The notes under the pieces are model-generated. The model had not been told where the DNA came from. It did not search any database and was given only the letters and a program-made list of their open reading frames with translations. Made by a program: the position numbers and the translations under genes. A DNA stretch of 64,000 bases, taken from the IMG/VR virus record IMGVR_UViG_3300024239_000014, positions 1 through 64,000 of that record, one strand, 5' to 3'. This document shows positions 50,394 to 59,997 of this stretch, piece by piece; the first letter of the stretch is position 1, and each line of letters opens with the position of its first letter.

Positions 50394-52436
50394 ATGAATC
50401 TGTTTGGACGCGAAGATGTCACCACTTGGGTCAGACATGCGTTTGTACTTCCACCACAAGCACTTGATGCCGTGGCACAACGTCGCCGGATTTACAGCGA
50501 CACGTCACTGAAGTTCACTGATACCTCACTAGGTGGTAACTTTTGTATTAACCCTCCGGCACAATTCACGCCCACTGCTGATCCGCGAATGAAGTCCTTC
50601 TGGACCACGACTACTGCCGATGGCATGGGTCGTTACTACAGTGAAGCAATTGACGATAATAACGTACTTGCTCATTTCCGTTTTGGAGTAGCCGAATTTA
50701 ACTCCATGCGGAACTTCTTCACTAACTTCTACGACTACGATGTTGGCTACATGGCACGTACAGGTCGTACCACGAATCTTGGGTTTGTATTAGGTAAATT
50801 GATCGGAACGGTTGTTGGTTGGCCGTTGGTTGGGATGTCGATTATCGGTAGAGCTTATCGCTTTGCTTTTGGTAAACCTGCATCCAAATACTACTACCTG
50901 AAACCCACGATGCCGGTGTACTGGAACGCTGTGAATGACATTGCCAATAACATGGCAGTAAACCTCGGTATCGTCGCTCCTTTGTGGCCGTCGGCTTACG
51001 ACGTTAGCAAGAACGCGGTCTTTAACCAGTCCGTTTCAACCGAACAGCAAAAACAGGCGCTGAATTCAATTATTCCCGATGTCTGGCGTGAGAACGGAAC
51101 GATCGATGTTTACGGTGTTGCCACCCGTGCTCAGCGCTTGTCAGCGTCTTTGAATGAACGCATCCTCGAAGCCTTGGGCGGTAGTTTAGAAGAAGCCAAC
51201 CAGCGCCAGCTGACGATGCGAGAGGCAATCGAGAAGATCAGGGACATCAAACAAGAATCGCTTCAAGAGCGAAAGGTTTCGCTTCGTGATTACTTGTCTA
51301 AGTACCTGCGACTGCAAGGTGCACAACCTACACACTCGCTTGTCGAACAGGACGCTGAAGGCGTCGATAAGGATACAGGCAAGATTGTCTATCGGTCGGA
51401 TACGATCAGTGACGCAGAAGCTTACCCGTCGTTCTACCCGAACAACGATGAAAGCAACAATGATACGTCCAATACAACCAATAGCGCCGCTGCGTTCCTT
51501 ATGGGCGAAGTTCGCGACGGGGCACAGTTCATCACCTACCGTATTGATAACCCCGGCAATACCGGCGAATCGTTTAACAACAGCACCCGTGAATCAGACA
51601 TTGCTTCGACGCTGAATGGGTTTTCTGGCGGGATGAAGAACACGCGCTTCTCGTTGATGGACGGCCAGATCGCCGGTCTTCGTGATATTCCGGTAGTGGG
51701 GGACATGATTGTTGGGGCGATGGAACAGGTCAAAGGGGTGATTACCGGCGCAATTGCTGGTGCTAAGCTCGATGGTCTGCTGGGCCTGGCTGGTTCTGCA
51801 TTTGTTGACATCCCCAAACACTGGGAATCTTCAACGGCAAACATGCCACGCGCCGAGTTCACCATTCCGCTACGGTCTCCTTACGGTAATGATGCTTCGC
51901 GGTATCAGGCGATCTTGTTGCCAATCGCTACGCTGCTAGCAGCAGCCTTACCGATGGCTACCGGTGGTGCTTCCTACACAAGTCCGTTCCTCTGCGAATG
52001 TTACGTACAAGGTCGTTGCCAGATTCGTCTGGGGATGATTGAATCGTTAACGTTCACCCGTGGTACCGGTAACCAAGGCTGGACTCCCGATGGCAAGTTC
52101 CTAGGTGTCGACGTTACTGTTTCTGTGGTCGATATGTCATCGATCTTGACAGTACCAGTCGGGTCGGCAATGTCACCAACAGACCTGCTTGATCCAGATG
52201 CACTCGTAGCAAAGATCCTGGGCGAAGATTCGCCTTGGCATGATTACTTGGCAGTATTGACCAGTATGTCGTTGTCAAGTCAGATCTACCAGTTTCCTAA
52301 GCTGATGAGGAACATTACTCGGTTTGGTGCCAACTGGGATGCGTTTTGGTCGGTATCGCACGGAGCGAACTGGTTACGTGGAACCTGGCCAGTTTCAACA
52401 TTGTCGAACTTCTTCAAAACTGCTGAACGAATGTGA
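50394..52436 (+). CDS. virion/tail protein (gp182-like)
   Basis: 680 aa; KFTDT.LGGNF.INP.QFT motif; synteny. Confidence 0.72.
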   Translation: MNLFGREDVTTWVRHAFVLPPQALDAVAQRRRIYSDTSLKFTDTSLGGNFCINPPAQFTPTADPRMKSFWTTTTADGMGRYYSEAIDDNNVLAHFRFGVAEFNSMRNFFTNFYDYDVGYMARTGRTTNLGFVLGKLIGTVVGWPLVGMSIIGRAYRFAFGKPASKYYYLKPTMPVYWNAVNDIANNMAVNLGIVAPLWPSAYDVSKNAVFNQSVSTEQQKQALNSIIPDVWRENGTIDVYGVATRAQRLSASLNERILEALGGSLEEANQRQLTMREAIEKIRDIKQESLQERKVSLRDYLSKYLRLQGAQPTHSLVEQDAEGVDKDTGKIVYRSDTISDAEAYPSFYPNNDESNNDTSNTTNSAAAFLMGEVRDGAQFITYRIDNPGNTGESFNNSTRESDIASTLNGFSGGMKNTRFSLMDGQIAGLRDIPVVGDMIVGAMEQVKGVITGAIAGAKLDGLLGLAGSAFVDIPKHWESSTANMPRAEFTIPLRSPYGNDASRYQAILLPIATLLAAALPMATGGASYTSPFLCECYVQGRCQIRLGMIESLTFTRGTGNQGWTPDGKFLGVDVTVSVVDMSSILTVPVGSAMSPTDLLDPDALVAKILGEDSPWHDYLAVLTSMSLSSQIYQFPKLMRNITRFGANWDAFWSVSHGANWLRGTWPVSTLSNFFKTAERM

Positions 52437-52439
52437 TTG

Positions 52440-52473
52440 TGGCATAGAGGGAGGGCCATTCGGCCCTCCCTCT
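52440..52473. terminator. bidirectional hairpin with TATGCCA flank
   Basis: TGGCAT-AGAGGGAGGGCC-attc-GGCCCTCCCTCT between convergent genes. Confidence 0.7.
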
Positions 52474-53474
52474 TATTTCGCATCTACGGTCAACCACTTC
52501 CCAGCAGGTGATTGTGGGAAATGCTGCCTTATCATCGTTCTCAGTTGATTGGTGGGGTATGATTTTGCAATCATGGCCTCGGTGCGGTAAATCCCAGCCT
52601 GTGTGAACACCGCCAAGGTGTCTTCACTGGCATGAGCAAAATAACCGATAAAACTAATCGGTTCGCCGAGACGGTCACGTCGACTCCATTCGGGATCCAG
52701 GCTGTCGAAGAGCTCAATCAACTCGTTGTAAATTGATCCATAGTTCGGCGTCTCGTCTTCCTCAGTTTTCAGACGGAACCCGGCCATAATCAATTGAACG
52801 ATGTTAGGTAGGCGAGCGTACATTTCAGCCGCGCCAATCCAACCGCGAATCTTTCGGAGGTTGGGTAAGTCACCTGCCCGTGCTACTCGTTCGAGGTTGG
52901 CAATCAGAGCCTTCTTCTTGGCCTTATCGTCATCGATCTTTTCAAGCAGCTTGTCGATGGCTTCGGGAAGTTCCAATTCAATGGCCAAACCAATCAAGCT
53001 GCCGATCATGGCGACATTGACGTAATCGTCCACCACCGGCGGTAGTAAGTCAGACTTCAACAAGTCATTGACAAACTCGGTAAATTCGCTGGCGCTGCCG
53101 GTAATATCACCACCAAATCCAACGCCTGTGGCATCGCTGGCAATATCAAGCATCTGTCGCTTGAAATCGTCCATGAATGCGCGTTTGGATGAAAGATCAA
53201 TCCCAGCGGCGCGTTCAGCTCGCCGACCAATTGCGTTTTGATTGCCCTTGATTGCACCATCTTCGATGTCAATCAAATCGACTAGGTCGGATAACGACGT
53301 ATTATCACCCTTTAGACGGGAGAGCATGTCGTTCGATCCCTGTGTTACCGACGACACATAATCGTTCAGTAACGCATCACTCCCGCTTTCGGCTTTATAG
53401 ACATCGGTAACTTTAAGCTGTTCGTCACCGCCGCCGCCAAAGACGGTACTCACAATCGTTGGTCGGTTGGCCAT
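52473..53474 (-). CDS. putative virion structural protein, 333 aa
   Basis: Long ORF; function not recognised. Confidence 0.6.
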   Translation of the reverse strand: MANRPTIVSTVFGGGGDEQLKVTDVYKAESGSDALLNDYVSSVTQGSNDMLSRLKGDNTSLSDLVDLIDIEDGAIKGNQNAIGRRAERAAGIDLSSKRAFMDDFKRQMLDIASDATGVGFGGDITGSASEFTEFVNDLLKSDLLPPVVDDYVNVAMIGSLIGLAIELELPEAIDKLLEKIDDDKAKKKALIANLERVARAGDLPNLRKIRGWIGAAEMYARLPNIVQLIMAGFRLKTEEDETPNYGSIYNELIELFDSLDPEWSRRDRLGEPISFIGYFAHASEDTLAVFTQAGIYRTEAMIAKSYPTNQLRTMIRQHFPQSPAGKWLTVDAK

Positions 53475-53519
53475 AGCACCTACTCGTTAGTAACATTCCA
53501 TACGATGAACACGTGTAAA

Positions 53520-53813
53520 CTACCATCGTTTTCTAGGAGCCATCAGTTCGTCGGTACGCAGCAAATACGGTGGGTAGTCTCTTTCACGAACGTTGATGAC
53601 TTCATGCTCGCGTCGAAAGTCGTATTCCATTTTGGTAGGCGGTCCCTGAATGGTCATGCGATAACTGCGTTCTTTCTGTGCCGCGACCATCGCCTCTTTT
53701 TCTTTTTCGTTTCTAGCTTCGGGTAAATGACCGTAATGACCACTCCAGTTAACCGATGTTTCTACATACCCTTTTTCGAGTCTGCTGCTGTAAGCCAGAT
53801 AGTCCGATTCCAT
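53520..53813 (-). CDS. hypothetical protein, ~97 aa (MESDY)
   Basis: GGAGG RBS. Confidence 0.55.
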   Translation of the reverse strand: MESDYLAYSSRLEKGYVETSVNWSGHYGHLPEARNEKEKEAMVAAQKERSYRMTIQGPPTKMEYDFRREHEVINVRERDYPPYLLRTDELMAPRKRW

Positions 53814-53868
53814 AAAGCACCTCCAGTTGAACAAAAAAAACAGGGAGGTCGCTCCTCCCTGTTTTGCC

Positions 53869-54291
53869 TTACTCGTCTTCTTGCTCGAGTTCGCGTGTAA
53901 TGTCCAATGCATTGCCATCCAATTTATTCACAACATCAAACCCGCGTTTACGGATGACGTTGCCACGTTTATAGTGGACTTCAAACCGAATGTAAGGTAC
54001 TGCATAAGACAACAACCGCAACGCCCTGATAAACGATTTCCACGTCATCGTGTTGCTGAGTAACGCTTTGTTCAGGTTCCCAGCAGCAGTCGATCGATCC
54101 TTTGAAGTGGCAGCCACCCCGTTAGCAGGGTCTTCCACAAACTGTTTCATTAGCGTGCGCCAATAAAACGGATCGATTCGTAAATCCGCCAGGATGGCAC
54201 GAAAGGTTCGCGCCAGGTGATCGTTTGCCCGACTCTCACCTTTGTCGGTGGTCATTAAAATGTCCAACCGTTCAGATTTGTCGTCACGCAT
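53869..54291 (-). CDS. conserved phiKZ-like hypothetical protein, ~140 aa
   Basis: LAR.FR.IL...GNL.K.L....MTWK.F motif. Confidence 0.65.
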   Translation of the reverse strand: MRDDKSERLDILMTTDKGESRANDHLARTFRAILADLRIDPFYWRTLMKQFVEDPANGVAATSKDRSTAAGNLNKALLSNTMTWKSFIRALRLLSYAVPYIRFEVHYKRGNVIRKRGFDVVNKLDGNALDITRELEQEDE

Positions 54292-54799
54292 ACGCCAACT
54301 CCACCTGGTACAGGACCAGCAACAATTGGTGCAGGTCATTACAAACGCCCCGTAGGCTGCGGTCGTAATAACTGATTTTGTCCTGCCGTGTTAACTGAGC
54401 ACTGCGGTAAACCGTTACCAGCTTATCCAGTTTTTGCGATAACAATGGAAGGTATCCAGTCATCGAAATGTACCGGGTGTTTGCCACGAACCACTCTTCG
54501 AAGTAGAGGCTCTGCTTTAACTGGTTCAGATACGATGTGCTGATAACTGCGTCTTCGCCAATACAACTCGTGAAGACATCAAGGGTTTCAAGTAAGCTGG
54601 AGGGCGAATGGTAATACTGGCCTGAAATGCGTCCATCTGCAGGCGTGTATACCTTCGCGATATTAACTCGATCAAGCAGACCCCAGTGACGATACAATTG
54701 CAGTAGCGTCGGTCTTTGAAGCTCTTTCAAGCTTTCAAATTCTTTTAGCATTGCATGCCGCCTCCGTTGTCGCTTAAAGCGCTCGATTAAAGATCTCAT
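54284..54799 (-). CDS. hypothetical protein, 171 aa
   Basis: GGAG RBS; overlaps the next gene. Confidence 0.65.
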   Translation of the reverse strand: MRSLIERFKRQRRRHAMLKEFESLKELQRPTLLQLYRHWGLLDRVNIAKVYTPADGRISGQYYHSPSSLLETLDVFTSCIGEDAVISTSYLNQLKQSLYFEEWFVANTRYISMTGYLPLLSQKLDKLVTVYRSAQLTRQDKISYYDRSLRGVCNDLHQLLLVLYQVELAYA

Positions 54800-54978
54800 G
54801 AGAACTCCGTTAATCCAGCAGACCAGGTTACCGGTATGGTCTGTTAGACAGTGATGATCCTTAGACGTCCATCGACTTGGCCGAGTCGTTTGGAATATGG
54901 GCGTTTTCGGTCCATTCTGATGATATGAGTCTATTATTCCTTTCGATTCGTCGAAAGAGGGCGGTTAGGAGGTATACG

Positions 54979-55380
54979 ATGGCCCTTTTTAACAATGATG
55001 GAGAAGCGCTGGCGTATACGCAGTCCCTACGTAAACGCCTCGTAGAAGAATGTTTAATCACCGACGGTAAGCTACCTGGCCATGAAGAAGGTCAGGCTAT
55101 GCTCCTGAAAGTTCTCGGTGATATGGACAAACAAACCCTCGTTCTGAAGAAGATCGAGGTGGATGCAGGTAATGCCGACGCCGACCGCCAAGCTGCATTG
55201 ATGGTTGCTCAAATCAATCGCGGCGTTACCAGTAGCCCATTCTTCTCGGCAGAATACACTCGTTCCGCTCCGCAGCCGGAACTCGAAATTCCGATTCCAG
55301 AAGCAGTGGAAGAGTCTGTTATGGCTATCGGTATTTCTACCGAACGCTACGAAGATTTCTGTGATCGTGCTGGTGACTGA
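54979..55380 (+). CDS. hypothetical protein, 133 aa
   Basis: AGGAGG RBS; ends at a hairpin. Confidence 0.7.
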   Translation: MALFNNDGEALAYTQSLRKRLVEECLITDGKLPGHEEGQAMLLKVLGDMDKQTLVLKKIEVDAGNADADRQAALMVAQINRGVTSSPFFSAEYTRSAPQPELEIPIPEAVEESVMAIGISTERYEDFCDRAGD

Positions 55381-55387
55381 TCCTTGG

Positions 55388-55424
55388 GACATAAGGGGAG
55401 GGCGAATGCCCTCCCTCTATGCCG
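55388..55424. terminator. bidirectional hairpin with TATG-containing flanks
   Basis: GACATA-AGGGGAGGGC-gaat-GCCCTCCCTC-TATGCCG. Confidence 0.7.
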
Positions 55425-55430
55425 CGGGTT

Positions 55431-56141
55431 TTACCCCAAGGGCTTTACGCACCATTCGTAGACAGGTAGACACCGGAGTTTCATCCGACCTTCCCACGAT
55501 GCTTCAATCACCCGAAAAGCTGGAATCTCTTTTACCAGTTTCAGGTTTTCTTCTGGGGGTGAAGAATACATGCTAATCAACTCCGGTGCGACCACAGTAG
55601 TCCTAAGCATGTACACCTGTTCAAAGTCATCGGCAAAACGTTTTAACCAGCCGAAGAGATCGTAGATGAACATTAAGTCCCATTGCTCCGTAGCCGCTTT
55701 CGGGTGGAGAAAATCAATGGGATTAAAGATAGCATCAACCGTCACATGCATCGGCATCATCGAAGCAACAGCATCTACCACCGCACGACGTTCATCGAGG
55801 TTGCATTCGTACGGCCAGAAGTTGATATCGATGTTCACTTTCTTGGTCGCGCCAGCATCGCTATCGAGCGCCCAGTTAATGGATAACACGGACTCCCACA
55901 ACACTTCTGCAATGCACGTCCGCACTGCTTGTGCCAGGTGTCGATAACCACGCCCCTGCCAGGCCTTTACCCAGTCTTCACGGGTAACCTTAGACCCTAA
56001 CAGTGACCAGTCGTCAGACAGTCGTGTCCGGTATACGTCGGGTAACTTTTCTTCCACGAATTCTGGATCAAGCTCGTGTAGGATAGGTAGTCGCGTATCC
56101 ATCAAACTGTCGAGATCGACATAGATACGGTGGCAAGCCAT
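55431..56141 (-). CDS. phiKZ-like protein with HAD-like N-terminal motif
   Basis: IYVDLDSLMDTR. Confidence 0.6.
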   Translation of the reverse strand: MACHRIYVDLDSLMDTRLPILHELDPEFVEEKLPDVYRTRLSDDWSLLGSKVTREDWVKAWQGRGYRHLAQAVRTCIAEVLWESVLSINWALDSDAGATKKVNIDINFWPYECNLDERRAVVDAVASMMPMHVTVDAIFNPIDFLHPKAATEQWDLMFIYDLFGWLKRFADDFEQVYMLRTTVVAPELISMYSSPPEENLKLVKEIPAFRVIEASWEGRMKLRCLPVYEWCVKPLG

Positions 56142-56150
56142 GTGTGGTCC

Positions 56151-56633
56151 TTATCGCCGCTTGGGGTCGGGGAGGCGGATAGTGAGTGTGTGCATGATGT
56201 AGATCGGCAGCAACCAGATATTGGCTGACAACGTGTCAATCCCTGTCTGGAGCTTAGGAATCAGAAACAGTGACTCACGTGGAATCGCAGTTCGCTCATC
56301 GTGCAACGAAACAATGTTGCTGGCAAATGTGGCGATGAATGCTACTTTACTGTCTTCATCATTGAACGACCGTTGCAGGAGCTCGGTCGTAACACTCAAG
56401 ATGAAGTTAGCGGCAAAGGTGTCTTCTGCAAAATACCGCGCCCAGATATCGCGTGCAACGCCATTGCCCAGCAACTGCCAATCAGTCACGTTATTGGACA
56501 GATTGAGATACAGCTTCAAGAAGTCGGTGTACATATCCGGATCAGTTGCTGCATACCAACGACTTTTGCGTTCGATGATCTCTGCCATGGTTTTGCGGAG
56601 CAATTCCACAGTGTCAGTGTAATCCAAGAACAT
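56151..56633 (-). CDS. hypothetical protein, 160 aa
   Basis: ORF in operon. Confidence 0.65.
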   Translation of the reverse strand: MFLDYTDTVELLRKTMAEIIERKSRWYAATDPDMYTDFLKLYLNLSNNVTDWQLLGNGVARDIWARYFAEDTFAANFILSVTTELLQRSFNDEDSKVAFIATFASNIVSLHDERTAIPRESLFLIPKLQTGIDTLSANIWLLPIYIMHTLTIRLPDPKRR

Positions 56634-56642
56634 AGCCGTTCC

Positions 56643-57317
56643 TTACAAGTTATTATCCAGATGCTGCGCCTTCAGGTACGTCGACAGCACTTCCGATGAC
56701 TTCGCCCGAGAACCGAGCTCCCGCAACTCAGCTACGGTAGCGACACCGCGTTCGTAAATCATCCGGTTTGACGCATCAAAGGCAGTACCGTCCCCACCAC
56801 GTACCTTCAACAATTCAAAGGCCGCACTCTTCAGACCACGCGACTCCAGGATCAGTGCCTGAGGGAAACTGATGCTACTGCCTTTAGAATCACCGGTGGG
56901 TTGTCCGGTCATGGTGTCAATGTGCGAGTTGTCGCTTGCCAGCGACCCTTTCTTTCGCTGGATCTGACTTTGACGACGGGTTGGCAATGTGAGGATCAGT
57001 GCCGGTTTGTTCGTGAAGGTGTCAATCCCTGTTGCTGGGTCGGTGAACTTCACACGTTCCCAGAACTTGATCCCCATGCTTTCACCGATATCCAACAACT
57101 CTTCAACACCCAGATGGGCTTCGCTGTTTGGCAGAGTAATTCGAAGATGATGTTTGCCATTTTGAAAATCGGTCATCAGAGCTTCGAACTGCTGATCGGT
57201 CAGGCGATCGAGCTGAGTTCGCGTTAGAGCTGCGTTGGGGGTATTGGGAGCGCACCTTTCCATCAGGCTGACGAAGTATTGGGTTGCCTTCTCCCGACGT
57301 TCTTTGAGGTTTTTCAT
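56643..57317 (-). CDS. virion RNA polymerase beta C-terminal subunit (gp149-like)
   Basis: RRQSQ..K, TGQPTG.SKG, ELLKVRGGD (RpoB C-terminal motifs). Confidence 0.85.
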   Translation of the reverse strand: MKNLKERREKATQYFVSLMERCAPNTPNAALTRTQLDRLTDQQFEALMTDFQNGKHHLRITLPNSEAHLGVEELLDIGESMGIKFWERVKFTDPATGIDTFTNKPALILTLPTRRQSQIQRKKGSLASDNSHIDTMTGQPTGDSKGSSISFPQALILESRGLKSAAFELLKVRGGDGTAFDASNRMIYERGVATVAELRELGSRAKSSEVLSTYLKAQHLDNNL

Positions 57318-57708
57318 GAATGCTTTCCTTCAAAACAGATTCAGGTGGGATGGAAACACACACCCGTAGGTTTGCTTCTTTAGCACGCCGGATCAGTGCA
57401 TCGGTACCACGGTGCTTGGTATCCCAGATCGCGATCAGGTGAGTAGCATAATCTACCGCTTCCTCATCGCGTTCAATGGGTGCCATTTTGTCGTGGGTCT
57501 CCCAATCAAGCTCGATGATCTTGTATGCGTAATCATTTTGCTTGGCGTACGAACATGCTAGTTCATGCACCCCGCCTTCAGCATACATCACTAACTCCAC
57601 AACGCTCTTATCGAACGCCGATAACAAATCATCGAGCTCAGCAAAGACGTACTCACGATTCTTGATCTGCGGTGGCCCGGCTACAATGAAGCGGTACTTG
57701 GCTAGCAT
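57103..57708 (-). CDS. SLOG-family (DUF2493/YspA-like) protein
   Basis: IIVAG-like FIVAG, A.G...LA..YA, DW..H.K.A...R, LIAIWD...GT..I..A motifs. Confidence 0.65.
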   Translation of the reverse strand: MLAKYRFIVAGPPQIKNREYVFAELDDLLSAFDKSVVELVMYAEGGVHELACSYAKQNDYAYKIIELDWETHDKMAPIERDEEAVDYATHLIAIWDTKHRGTDALIRRAKEANLRVCVSIPPESVLKESIHEKPQRTSGEGNPILRQPDGKVRSQYPQRSSNANSARSPDRSAVRSSDDRFSKWQTSSSNYSAKQRSPSGC

Positions 57709-58132
57709 GTGAGCCCCCTTGGACCCAGCGTTTGCGTTCGTTTTCGCGGTGAGCGAGGACTTGTCTGGCGATTTCGATAGATTCATCACACCCTCCGATA
57801 ACCACCAGCTCGCCATCCGCCATGACGCGTACAAGGGAAATCGATGACCCGTCGGGTAGATCTTTGTAGATCGTCACTGCTTCCCAGTAGGTACTGTCTT
57901 CGATGGCAGCGCATACTGCTTCGGACGACTTCGCAGTACTTTGGAAGAAAATACTGCGGACGCACGCACCGAGGATGACAGAAACAATCAGAATTGGACC
58001 GACATGTATCGCCACTCGTAGCAAACGTTCCGGTTCCATCGTCGGCAGTGCTACGAACAGACTTACCAGCAACACCACCAACATAAACGAAGCCGCAACT
58101 ACAGTAACGGTGTTATTTGGATGTTGATTCAT
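57653..58132 (-). CDS. membrane protein with two N-terminal TM helices
   Basis: Two hydrophobic segments. Confidence 0.6.
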   Translation of the reverse strand: MNQHPNNTVTVVAASFMLVVLLVSLFVALPTMEPERLLRVAIHVGPILIVSVILGACVRSIFFQSTAKSSEAVCAAIEDSTYWEAVTIYKDLPDGSSISLVRVMADGELVVIGGCDESIEIARQVLAHRENERKRWVQGGSHASQVPLHCSRATADQES

Positions 58133-58416
58133 TGCGGTAGTCCATTATTTACCATAAACGGGATGATGGAAAGTTCGACCTGTTGAAGCCAACGGTCGTA
58201 GTCTTCACCCACATTCAGAATTTCGCGTAAATCTCGGGTATCTTGACCAGGTACCCGCCCTAACTGAATTCGCAGCATTCCGTTGGCGTATTGCCAGTCA
58301 CCTTGACGACTCACGGTTCGGGTCGGGCACAAGGCCCGCCACCGGTTTGCTGCGTCAGTGTTCAGGCGGTCCAACGCAGCTGCGACATCATCAATCGCAT
58401 TGCGTGTAAGTTCCAT
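58129..58416 (-). CDS. hypothetical protein, 95 aa
   Basis: GAGGA RBS; ATGA overlap with the next gene. Confidence 0.65.
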   Translation of the reverse strand: MELTRNAIDDVAAALDRLNTDAANRWRALCPTRTVSRQGDWQYANGMLRIQLGRVPGQDTRDLREILNVGEDYDRWLQQVELSIIPFMVNNGLPQ

Positions 58417-58423
58417 AACGTCC

Positions 58424-59857
58424 TCATTCGGTAACAGCCAGCGCTTTGGGCTTCTCGGCCATCCAGAACGGATGGTACAAGCCAGCGCGCATATTCAGCA
58501 AATCGCCTGTGCTCAGGTAGTTCTTCACGCCCTTGGCACCATTCCATGTCCACCAGCCGCGGGTATCCAGGAGCTGGTCCCAGTCATAGCCTTTGGCCTT
58601 AAGGTCATCATACAGTTCTTTGGGAGTGCAGAGCCAACCTTCCGGCAAGTCATGCCAGAAGTTCCGCATCTGACACATTTCACCAGTGATCTCCAGCGCA
58701 CGACGCAGTTTAGCGTCGGCATCAATCTTCCCGCGCACGGTGGTACGCGAAAGCTTCACGTCAGGCAGAATGTCCAGGAAGTAGTTGCGGTCGTTACCGC
58801 CGATCCCGTACCCATCGTTGTCTTTCAGATACACCAGTGCAGTCAGGTGAGACAGAATACCTTCGCTCTGAGAAACGATGACGTCGACCACATGACCCGA
58901 TGGTCCGTTCTTGGAACGCACCAGCATGAAGGTCACGCGCATCAGGTCGGTATCACCTTCAAGGTTGTCTTCACTGCTTCTCGGGAATTCCGGTGCACCG
59001 GTCGTGCGGTTCTTCAGCGGTGTGCCTGTAATCAGGTACCACAGGTGAGTGGTCAGGAACCCGAAGTTTTCAGGAACGCGTTTGAACTTCACATCGGCTT
59101 TCAAGAACGCCAGTGATTTACTCAAAGGGGCTCTGGGGTCAAGTTGATAGACCTTGCCGACGTGAGCGGTGGAAATGCAGCAGACGTTCGCAGAAGCACA
59201 GAGATCCGGCATCTGCACCAACATCTGGGTCTTCGCAGCCTGACCCTTCATGGCTTCGATGTTGGCACCGGATTCACCGATTTCGTTTTCATCCAAGATG
59301 CGATCAACCACCTCCGCCTGTAACATCGACAAAGAGTCGATCTCTACCACATGCGGCAGGTAGTTCGTCAAGAACTTACCGGTCTTCTTATCGAGGAACG
59401 GGTATTCCACCAGCTCGGGTTTCTTGTCATCCAACGTTTCTTTGATACCGTCGCGAAACGCCTTGAAGAACTTATTACCAGTCATCACCGTGGAGTCGGT
59501 GAACATCATAACGGACTCGACATCCATTTCGGCCAAACGTTCGCGTTTGCGAACCAAACCTTGGAAACGACCAGGGTTAACACTGGGTGGCTCGGTATCG
59601 TACACCAACGAACGTGCTTTGGCTTCAGCGGGGTCCAGCATCGCGTAACGATCGATCATCGTCACATTGAATTCGTGTGCAGCCAGAGACTTACCCAGGT
59701 TACCTTGCCCACCGATCCCGGTGAAGGTCAAAATGCCGCCATTGAGCAACATCTCACCGTAGATGCCTTTGTAGTAACGGCCAGTCGGGATATCCCAAGG
59801 GAAACCCATGTTGTAAGCAGGACGAAGAGAAGGTGCGGGGATGACTTTGCCAAACAT
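58424..59857 (-). CDS. uvsX: UvsX/RecA-like recombinase (gp152-like)
   Basis: Walker A G.GN.GKS, YDTE, IDSLS, RSKNGPSG. Confidence 0.85.
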   Translation of the reverse strand: MFGKVIPAPSLRPAYNMGFPWDIPTGRYYKGIYGEMLLNGGILTFTGIGGQGNLGKSLAAHEFNVTMIDRYAMLDPAEAKARSLVYDTEPPSVNPGRFQGLVRKRERLAEMDVESVMMFTDSTVMTGNKFFKAFRDGIKETLDDKKPELVEYPFLDKKTGKFLTNYLPHVVEIDSLSMLQAEVVDRILDENEIGESGANIEAMKGQAAKTQMLVQMPDLCASANVCCISTAHVGKVYQLDPRAPLSKSLAFLKADVKFKRVPENFGFLTTHLWYLITGTPLKNRTTGAPEFPRSSEDNLEGDTDLMRVTFMLVRSKNGPSGHVVDVIVSQSEGILSHLTALVYLKDNDGYGIGGNDRNYFLDILPDVKLSRTTVRGKIDADAKLRRALEITGEMCQMRNFWHDLPEGWLCTPKELYDDLKAKGYDWDQLLDTRGWWTWNGAKGVKNYLSTGDLLNMRAGLYHPFWMAEKPKALAVTE

Positions 59858-59997
59858 TTTACCCGATTCCTTTTAGTGCGAGTTCAGGGACGTACATAGA
59901 AATACCTCTCCTGTATTTTTTAAAGAACAGATACAGATAAATGCATCGTATGACAGGACTTCTTCTATATGTCCCACTTGCCCAATGAGGAATTTCC

